From an uncultured archaeon (GTDB taxonomy: Archaea > Aenigmatarchaeota > Aenigmatarchaeia > GW2011-AR5): a stretch of 21,842 bases of DNA. Shown piece after piece: positions 1 to 6,481 of the stretch. Made by a program: the position numbers and the translations under genes. How positions within the stretch are numbered: the stretch's first letter is position 1; the number at the start of each line of letters is the position of its first letter. The stretch lies in assembly GCA_964373695.1 (NCBI GenBank), contig CAYJVT010000014.1, forward strand, positions 1 through 21,842, written 5' to 3'. A model generated the notes under the pieces. That model was not told where the DNA came from, searched no databases, and saw only the letters and a program-made list of their open reading frames with translations.

Positions 1-35
1 TCATTTCTTTAAAGATTCTGAAATAAGTGTCTGAT

Positions 36-953
36 ATGCATTTCGCTCTTAGAACCAACGATGATTTCGTGGTCCGGGAAGTTATCGACAATAAATTTCT
101 CAGGAAGTTCGAGAGGACACCGTCCGGAGTCTCGCGCATTCGGGGTCCGTATTCGCTTTATATCGTGCGGAAGAGCGGCGAAAATACCAGGGATGCAATA
201 AAAAAGCTCCGCGAAAAAACAGGCGTGTCGGAAATAGGCTATGCCGGACTGAAGGACAAGAATGCTGTGACATACCAGTACATAACGGTTAAGGACTCCC
301 CATTCGATGCCTTGGACATGGGGAACATAAGCGTCTCTTTCGTCTCGAAGTCGATGAATCACATATCGGTTGGCGACCTTCTGGGGAACAATTTCGAGAT
401 AACCCTTCACGAGTGTACTGAAGTAGAAAAGCTGGAGGATTTCGCCCGAAGCGTAAGGGATGACGGCTTCTACAACTTCTTCGGCAGGCAGCGCTTCGGG
501 GTAAACGCGGACAATTACTTGATTGGGAGGTGTATAGTGAAGGGAGATATGAAGAAGGCCGGGAAGGCCGTCGAATGCCAGACAGGGAAAGGGATGGCAT
601 CTCTCCAGAAGGCCGGGATAAAGTTCTTCATCCATTCTTACCAGTCATGGATATTCAACTGCGTGCTGCAGAAATGTATCGAGAACAAGAATGTGCCAGA
701 CAAGCTGCCTCTGGTCGGTTACGGCTCGAAAATACAAAATTCCTTCATGAAAAGCTTCCTTGATAGGGAAGGTGTGTCGCCGGATGATTTCATGCTCAGG
801 GGGATGAGGATTTGCTGCAGGGGCTCCGAAAGGGCGACAAGGGTGAGGACATCAGTAAGCTATGTGATAAGAAACAGCACCGCGCTCATGAAATTCTTCC
901 TTCCGAAGGGCTCTTATGCAACAGTCCTGCTAGATGCGCTGGAAAAGATGTAG
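36..953 (+). CDS. truD: tRNA pseudouridine(13) synthase TruD (compact, about 305 aa)
   Basis: Catalytic GYAGLKDKNAVTYQ motif, GNNFEITL, NFFGRQRFG and C-terminal FFLPKGSYATVLL. ATG36 preferred over GTG27 because MHFALRTNDDFVVREV matches the usual TruD N-terminus. Confidence 0.95.
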   Translation: MHFALRTNDDFVVREVIDNKFLRKFERTPSGVSRIRGPYSLYIVRKSGENTRDAIKKLREKTGVSEIGYAGLKDKNAVTYQYITVKDSPFDALDMGNISVSFVSKSMNHISVGDLLGNNFEITLHECTEVEKLEDFARSVRDDGFYNFFGRQRFGVNADNYLIGRCIVKGDMKKAGKAVECQTGKGMASLQKAGIKFFIHSYQSWIFNCVLQKCIENKNVPDKLPLVGYGSKIQNSFMKSFLDREGVSPDDFMLRGMRICCRGSERATRVRTSVSYVIRNSTALMKFFLPKGSYATVLLDALEKM

Positions 954-963
954 TTATAGAGAT

Positions 964-1014
964 TGATGAAATTCAGCAGGAGATAGACCGGCAGCTTGAC
1001 GCGGCGTCTTCTGA
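964..1014 (+). ncRNA. Candidate C/D-box sRNA
   Basis: TGATGA at 964-969 and CTGA at 1011-1014 span 51 nt in the 77-nt gap between convergent genes. Internal C'/D' boxes are only degenerate. Confidence 0.3.
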
Positions 1015-1030
1015 CGACGAGAATTCATGA

Positions 1031-2344
1031 TTACTCAACCTGAAAGACTGTCACACCCCCGCTCCTGAACACTTCTTTGTATGGGAAGTATTCCTCACTG
1101 GAGCCGACTTGCGGCGCCCTTTCCGTATACAGTACATAGGAGATGTTGTATTTGGAAAGGATTTCCTTCCGGCTTATGTTCCTGTAAGCGTTCAGGATGT
1201 CCTGCAGGCGCTCGGCCGCCGGCGCCCCTATAAGGTTCGGGTCTGCGACATTCCTGCGTCCGGCGATTCCTGATACCCAATGACCTTCAAGAAACTGGGC
1301 AAGCACCGTCGCGTCCTCCGGCGTGTTTTTCTTCATCCACATCAATGCATTGTATTCATCGTCCGTGACTATACCCCACCTCAGGCTGCTCAGGGAGTAA
1401 ATGCCGGTTATCGCAGTTATGACGAGAATGATTGCTATAAGCTCCTTCCTCTTTATCGATGCAAGAGCATGCGCCGAGAATACGGCCATTGGCACTGCCA
1501 TGTAGACAAGCCCGCGGTCTGTCTCTATCTTTCCTGCTATGAATAGGGCAAGCATGACGGCAAGCCATAGAAGAACCGACCTGCTTACGTTCTTTCTTGA
1601 CATGTACAATCCGAGCACGGATAGGGGTATCAGGAAAGGCGTCAGCCTGTAAAGCGCGTCCGCTACTCCTATGTTTTCAAAGAGGGCGCTTGATATGTCC
1701 CACGGCATGCTTTGGGTGTAAACGGCAATAGCGCTTCCGTACAGGAAATATGCTGCCGAGGCCTCGATGATTACGGCGGCCGCAATGAAAAGGGATTTTG
1801 AATCCTTCTTCAGGACCGGGATATAAAGCAGCAGGGAAAGGATTGATATGGCCGGGGAAAAGATGAAAATGAGAAGCGATGTAGTGAAATACCGGGAGAA
1901 ATCCTTCTTAACGAGGAAGTAGCATGCCAGAGTGAGGAGCGTCAGGTCGATTGCCGTCACAAGGACGTTGCTCGAGCTCTTCCATATATGCACCGGTATG
2001 AAGGCCGTCAGAAATGATGCGAAAAGGGCCGTCCTTTCATTGTAAATTTCCCTCGTCAGAAGGAATACGGAAAGAACCGACATAGAGCCTATCAGCGTTA
2101 TGATTATTGGAGCGGCTCCGGGAATCGTCATGAGGAGAAGGTGGATTCCAGGCGGATACTCATACGGCCTGCCCCCGTATGAAAGCTCGTCATATGCAGG
2201 CTGGCCGTCCTCAAGGCTTTGGGACATCCTGATATGGTAGTACGAATCTAGCCCAATCGGCCTGTCCTCCCAGAAATACGGGGCCATCCTTATTGCAAGG
2301 GCCATCGCGAATATGACGGCGAGAAACACGATGGCGCGCTTCAT
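1031..2344 (-). CDS. STT3/AglB-like GT-C membrane glycosyltransferase, paralogue A
   Basis: Multi-TM protein with GLDSYYHIR and GGRPYEYPP after TM1, and C-terminal WMKKNTPEDATVLAQFLEGHWVSGIAGRR. Start is ATG2344 (MKRAIVFL) or ATG2353. Confidence 0.75.
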   Translation of the reverse strand: MKRAIVFLAVIFAMALAIRMAPYFWEDRPIGLDSYYHIRMSQSLEDGQPAYDELSYGGRPYEYPPGIHLLLMTIPGAAPIIITLIGSMSVLSVFLLTREIYNERTALFASFLTAFIPVHIWKSSSNVLVTAIDLTLLTLACYFLVKKDFSRYFTTSLLIFIFSPAISILSLLLYIPVLKKDSKSLFIAAAVIIEASAAYFLYGSAIAVYTQSMPWDISSALFENIGVADALYRLTPFLIPLSVLGLYMSRKNVSRSVLLWLAVMLALFIAGKIETDRGLVYMAVPMAVFSAHALASIKRKELIAIILVITAITGIYSLSSLRWGIVTDDEYNALMWMKKNTPEDATVLAQFLEGHWVSGIAGRRNVADPNLIGAPAAERLQDILNAYRNISRKEILSKYNISYVLYTERAPQVGSSEEYFPYKEVFRSGGVTVFQVE

Positions 2345-2353
2345 GATAGACAT

Positions 2354-2379
2354 TTAATGCTAATCAATAAAAACTGCCT
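2354..2379. promoter_or_regulatory. Overlapping divergent leaderless promoters of the GT-C pair
   Basis: Only 26 nt between ATG2353(-) and ATG2380(+); AT-rich with TATA-like TTTAAT (+) and TTTTTATT (-) about 25 nt from the opposite starts. Confidence 0.45.
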
Positions 2380-3735
2380 ATGGACAGGAGAATAGCCGTG
2401 CTGTTTGCGGTGTCTTTCATTGTTTTCATGGCGCCGTTTGCTATGAGACAATATTATTATGGTATAGATGAGATAGTCGGCACCCCGACTTTCTACCACA
2501 CAAGGATAGCCGAAAACATATTGGAGGGTAATTATTACGACGATATGAGTTTCGGGGGCCGACCCCTGACATATCCGCCGCTTTTCCCGCTGTTCCACGC
2601 GGCATTCGCTTTGATTCTTGGCTTGAATCTGGGCGGCATGGTGTTCGTGGCGCTTTCGGGCGCTCTCGGGACGTGCGCGGCGTACGCATTCAGCAGGAAA
2701 TATTTCAGGGAGGATTTGTTTGCCCTGTTTCTTGTCCTCATGCCGGGGATAATATTTCTCAATTCGCACATATCCACAAGAGCGCCGCCTATTGCACTAG
2801 GCATCTTATCGCTCTATCTTATGTCAAAAAAGAGATACTTGCATTCCGGGATTTCCATCGGGACAGCATTCCTTTTCCATCCCGAATCCGCCGGAATAAT
2901 GCTCATAGTTGTGCTTGCGTATGTTATGTCTGAAAAGAGCATCAGGATAAAAGACATCCTGAAGTTTGCCGTGCCTGTTATCCTGGTGTTTTTCGCGTGG
3001 TACGTGCCGTTCCTCGCGCAGAACGGCCTCCCGCAGCTTAATTCTTTGCACGAGGAATACAGGGACAGGAGATACAGCCTGGAGTCGCCTGCCGCCGAGA
3101 ACTTCTTGTGGGAGCTCGGAAAGGGCTATTTCACGCTGCCTCTTCTGGCGCTTTCTGCTGTCGGCCTGCTTTATTCAAGGAACAATTTCATGAGGTTCTG
3201 GTTCATTTTCGGCATCGCGCTCGCCTTTACGGCAGAAAGACTGTTATTCTACATGCTGTTCCCGGCAGCATTCATGGCAGCTTTCGGAATGATTAAGATG
3301 AAGTCTTCAGTGAACAGGAATATCTACAGGATTCTTGTCATCGTTGTAGTAATTTACATGGGATGGTTCGGCTTCTCGCGCACTGCTGCGCTGGCGCAGG
3401 ACTATCCGATGCGGCAGCAGATAGACACATTCCACTGGATAAGGGACAACACGCCTGCCGATGCTGTAATTCTTTCGGACTGGCAGTGGGGGCACTGGAT
3501 ATCTGGCATCGCCAAGCGGAAGAACTTCGTGGACGGCTACGCTGAATATGCGCCCGGCGTCAACACCAGGATATCGGAGCTTCATGAATTCTATGCTGCA
3601 TGCCGGATACCGGAGGGCTACGGCATTTCCTACGTGTACATGGAAGACTGGTTTGCCGAAAAATACGGCATCTATTGCCTTTCCGGCCTGGAAGTGGTAT
3701 ATGACAATGCCGGAATAAAGGTATACAAAATTTAG
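2380..3735 (+). CDS. STT3/AglB-like GT-C membrane glycosyltransferase, paralogue B
   Basis: Multi-TM protein with GTPTFYHTR, GGRPLTYPP and WIRDNTPADAVILSDWQWGHWISGIAKRK; aligns by eye with the 1031-2344 product. Confidence 0.75.
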   Translation: MDRRIAVLFAVSFIVFMAPFAMRQYYYGIDEIVGTPTFYHTRIAENILEGNYYDDMSFGGRPLTYPPLFPLFHAAFALILGLNLGGMVFVALSGALGTCAAYAFSRKYFREDLFALFLVLMPGIIFLNSHISTRAPPIALGILSLYLMSKKRYLHSGISIGTAFLFHPESAGIMLIVVLAYVMSEKSIRIKDILKFAVPVILVFFAWYVPFLAQNGLPQLNSLHEEYRDRRYSLESPAAENFLWELGKGYFTLPLLALSAVGLLYSRNNFMRFWFIFGIALAFTAERLLFYMLFPAAFMAAFGMIKMKSSVNRNIYRILVIVVVIYMGWFGFSRTAALAQDYPMRQQIDTFHWIRDNTPADAVILSDWQWGHWISGIAKRKNFVDGYAEYAPGVNTRISELHEFYAACRIPEGYGISYVYMEDWFAEKYGIYCLSGLEVVYDNAGIKVYKI

Positions 3736-5219
3736 CCATACTTCACTGCAAGCAGAGGCGCCGACAGGAATCCTATGCCGAAGAATATGACCCACACTGC
3801 CTGCACGTTGTACATCGGATCCGTGAGGTTTGTCACGCCTGCGTATATCGAGACAGCCGCTACCAGGGTTTCTATCCAGAAGCGCTTCGCTATTTTTATG
3901 TAGTCTTTTTTCTGCACAGTTTTCGGTGTGCGGAAGAATGTGAACTTCCTTCCTATAAGGGCGTTTATCGTGGCAAGCGTGAAGTTTACCGAGAGGCCGT
4001 ACATTGCAAATATGTATGCGAATATCCTCTTCATGTTGATTCTCTCGTCAAGGAACTGGACATAAAGCAGCGTGAAGAAGGAACTTAGCGTAAGTCCGAC
4101 GCCGAATACCCATACACCCACAGGCTCGTACATGTGAAATATGGGTATTTTGAAGAGCAGATGCAAAGTCATGATAATATCTATTAATAATATAGCCGGC
4201 CCGAGTGCATAAGTTGCGCATGAGAGGAAATGCTCGCTTTTCCTCCAGAAGCCGGGTATCTTCATTATACTTTTCCAGCGAATCATAAGAGTCTTCGTGG
4301 TTCCGTGCGCCCACCTGTATGTCTGGCCTGTCAGCGAAGAGAAAGATATTGGCAGAAGTCCTCTGCATTCAACTGGATTTATGAATCTGGATGTGTACCC
4401 TTTCGCGAATATCTTCGTTGATATGTCTATGTCTTCCGTGACGGTCTGCTCAGGCCAGCCTCCCATTTCCTCCACGACATTCTTTTTTATAACGCCGCTA
4501 GAGCCGCAGAATATCGAGAGATTCCTCATGTCCTTGCTCTTCATTATCGAGCCGAAGAACAGGTCGCGTATCATCCTTCCTATGCCAGTAACCATATTTT
4601 TACTGTCGTTTCTTTCTGCATTCCTCGACTGCACGAATGCTACTTTGCCGCTGCTTGCCAGGACTTCAACCGAATGTGAAAGGAAAGATTTTTCGGGCAT
4701 GTCATCGGCGTCGAGAAGTGCCAGCACATCTCCTTTTGAGCGCTGAAGTATGTCGTTCAGGGCCCCGGCTTTGTAGCCTCTTCTGTGATTCCTGTGAAAA
4801 AATTTCACCCCTTCCTTCCTGCAAAGCCTTTCTATCATCCTCATTTTTTTCACATCGGTGGAGTCGTCAGCGACTATTATCTCATACCTGTCTCTGGGGT
4901 AGTCCTGAGATTTGCACGCCTTTATGGTGCCTCTTACTGTTCCAACAGGCTCGTTGAAGACCGGTATCTGTATCGTGGTGAACGGGAATTTTTTCAGGCC
5001 TTTGTATTTTACGTGCCTCCATTCCATGGAGCAGAATACGGAATGGTACAGGTATACGCTGAAAACCGCCGTAAGTATCTCGGCTGAAACCAGAAGTATG
5101 TTGAGTGTCATCCCGACCGTCGACGTGACTTTCGGAAACACATATAATATTTCATACGCGAAGTAGTAAAAAATCAGTGCGGCCATTATCCCAAGCATTA
5201 TGGAGCTTTTTCTAACCAT
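3732..5219 (-). CDS. Processive cellulose-synthase-like family 2 glycosyltransferase
   Basis: IPVFNEP, DDS, GYKAGALN, DAD, FCGS, TED and QTYRW (D,D,D,QxxRW signature); 2 N-terminal and several C-terminal TM segments. Confidence 0.9.
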   Translation of the reverse strand: MVRKSSIMLGIMAALIFYYFAYEILYVFPKVTSTVGMTLNILLVSAEILTAVFSVYLYHSVFCSMEWRHVKYKGLKKFPFTTIQIPVFNEPVGTVRGTIKACKSQDYPRDRYEIIVADDSTDVKKMRMIERLCRKEGVKFFHRNHRRGYKAGALNDILQRSKGDVLALLDADDMPEKSFLSHSVEVLASSGKVAFVQSRNAERNDSKNMVTGIGRMIRDLFFGSIMKSKDMRNLSIFCGSSGVIKKNVVEEMGGWPEQTVTEDIDISTKIFAKGYTSRFINPVECRGLLPISFSSLTGQTYRWAHGTTKTLMIRWKSIMKIPGFWRKSEHFLSCATYALGPAILLIDIIMTLHLLFKIPIFHMYEPVGVWVFGVGLTLSSFFTLLYVQFLDERINMKRIFAYIFAMYGLSVNFTLATINALIGRKFTFFRTPKTVQKKDYIKIAKRFWIETLVAAVSIYAGVTNLTDPMYNVQAVWVIFFGIGFLSAPLLAVKYG

Positions 5220-5295
5220 ATATTCACTTCAATTCTAATCATATTAAATATGACTATGGGTATAATTAATCTATTCCTTTAAAATAGGTGCCTTT

Positions 5296-5814
5296 ATGAG
5301 GATTCTGCTTGACAACCCGAATGGATTCTTCAGGAAACACAGGGAAACGTTCTTGGAGTCTTTCGCATACATCGCCGTTATTACCGGCATTTTTGCTGCG
5401 CTTAACGAGGCCTCGATACGTGCCGGGCTTACAAATTATGTGCCGAAAGTTGGTATTGCCGAGTCACTCCTTGTGAATTATATAGGGCTCGTCGGCGGCT
5501 TTTTTCTGCTGGTATTGATTTTTTCGTTTGTGCCGCTGAAAAAGTACGGTTTCAGGAAAAGCTTCATCAAGTCTTTTTTCCTTCTCGCATATTCATCGAC
5601 GCCTATATTCATTCTGGGCTGGGTGCCTTTTGCCGTCTTGAAGGCAATAGGCCTTCTTTGGACGCTTTTCTTTGTCATGATAGGAGTAAAGACGAAGCTT
5701 GGCTATGACTACAGGAAATCTTTTTTCCTGACAATATTCATTGTCGCTATCGTCTATGCATTGATATTGATAAGCAGGAATGAGATTCTTTCTGTAGTCC
5801 CGATATACAATTAA
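5296..5814 (+). CDS. Yip1-domain membrane protein
   Basis: N-terminal LLDNPNGFF, AYSSTP motif, about 5 hydrophobic helices, SD-like AGGTG upstream. Confidence 0.7.
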   Translation: MRILLDNPNGFFRKHRETFLESFAYIAVITGIFAALNEASIRAGLTNYVPKVGIAESLLVNYIGLVGGFFLLVLIFSFVPLKKYGFRKSFIKSFFLLAYSSTPIFILGWVPFAVLKAIGLLWTLFFVMIGVKTKLGYDYRKSFFLTIFIVAIVYALILISRNEILSVVPIYN

Positions 5815-6365
5815 GCCTTCGGGACAGCGTCTATTTTCATTAAAACAAGCGCAAGCTTGTCCCCGGCAAGCGTCAACTCCTTGTAATCCGTCCCCTGTAG
5901 TGTGATTGTGCTGTTTTCAAGCTTCACCGAGGTTTCCTCAGCGCCTGTTGAAGGGCCCTTCAGCCAGAGCACAGGCCCTTCAAATACGGGCTTCTCTATT
6001 TCATTGCCTTTCTTGTCGTACCATGTGCTGTCAATGAAGTAATAAGGCTGGAATTCTATCAGGACGCCTTCGTATGCAAGATACACAGGCACTTTGGCCA
6101 TTATGTTGCTCATCAAGACGGTGAAATAAGCGTTGTCCTGCTGGCTGGAGCCGTCAAAAATGACGTTCATCCGATCTCTGTAGAATTGTTTCCGTATCTC
6201 TTCAGGCTCTGTCGTGTTCACCTTTATAGCGTCCTTTATGTCGTTGGAGAACGTGTATATTTCGGCATGACCCTGTATGGCGACCTCGCGTATTGAGGTA
6301 TCCTCCTGTTGGACGCACCCGGCTGCGATTATTGCGATGCCGATAAGCAGAAGATATAATTTCAT
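5811..6365 (-). CDS. Putative lipoprotein
   Basis: Signal peptide with lipobox MKLYLLLIGIAIIAAG-C; soluble remainder; TATAAA-like box about 25 nt upstream. Confidence 0.75.
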   Translation of the reverse strand: MKLYLLLIGIAIIAAGCVQQEDTSIREVAIQGHAEIYTFSNDIKDAIKVNTTEPEEIRKQFYRDRMNVIFDGSSQQDNAYFTVLMSNIMAKVPVYLAYEGVLIEFQPYYFIDSTWYDKKGNEIEKPVFEGPVLWLKGPSTGAEETSVKLENSTITLQGTDYKELTLAGDKLALVLMKIDAVPKA

Positions 6366-6439
6366 CTGAATCAGTTTGATTGAGAGTTTATATTCATTTC
6401 ACATACTGAAAAGTTATAGTCGAAAATTAGTTGAATTTA

Positions 6440-6474
6440 AAATAAAAAAGAAAAGTGAGGGGAATTGCTTCCCC
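6440..6474 (-). terminator. Intrinsic terminator of the S-layer gene
   Basis: Minus strand GGGGAA-GCAA-TTCCCC (GNRA loop), then TCACTTTTCTTTTTTATTTT, starting 7 nt after the stop. Confidence 0.8.
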
Positions 6475-6481
6475 ATTAGGC

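Noticed and set aside
1-4. Possible divergent ATG at the window edge
   Set aside because: Only four bases are visible, so it cannot be supported.
9-635. 208-aa minus-strand ORF and many other long alternative-frame ORFs (e.g. 6630-7133, 8688-9473, 14770-15357, 18215-18700, 20513-20995)
   Set aside because: They are shadows of well-supported genes on the other strand or frame and have no recognisable motifs.
812-1030. 72-aa ORF whose acidic tail could be a -1 frameshift extension of truD
   Set aside because: TruD already ends at its normal C-terminus, the GGAAAAG slip site is weak, and no stimulatory structure is evident.
1031-3735. Calling either GT-C gene aglB
   Set aside because: Both are shorter than typical AglB and lack an intact WWDYG motif.
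6376-6409. TGATTGA...CTGA as another C/D sRNA
   Set aside because: The span is only about 33 nt, the C box is imperfect, and it overlaps the lipoprotein promoter.
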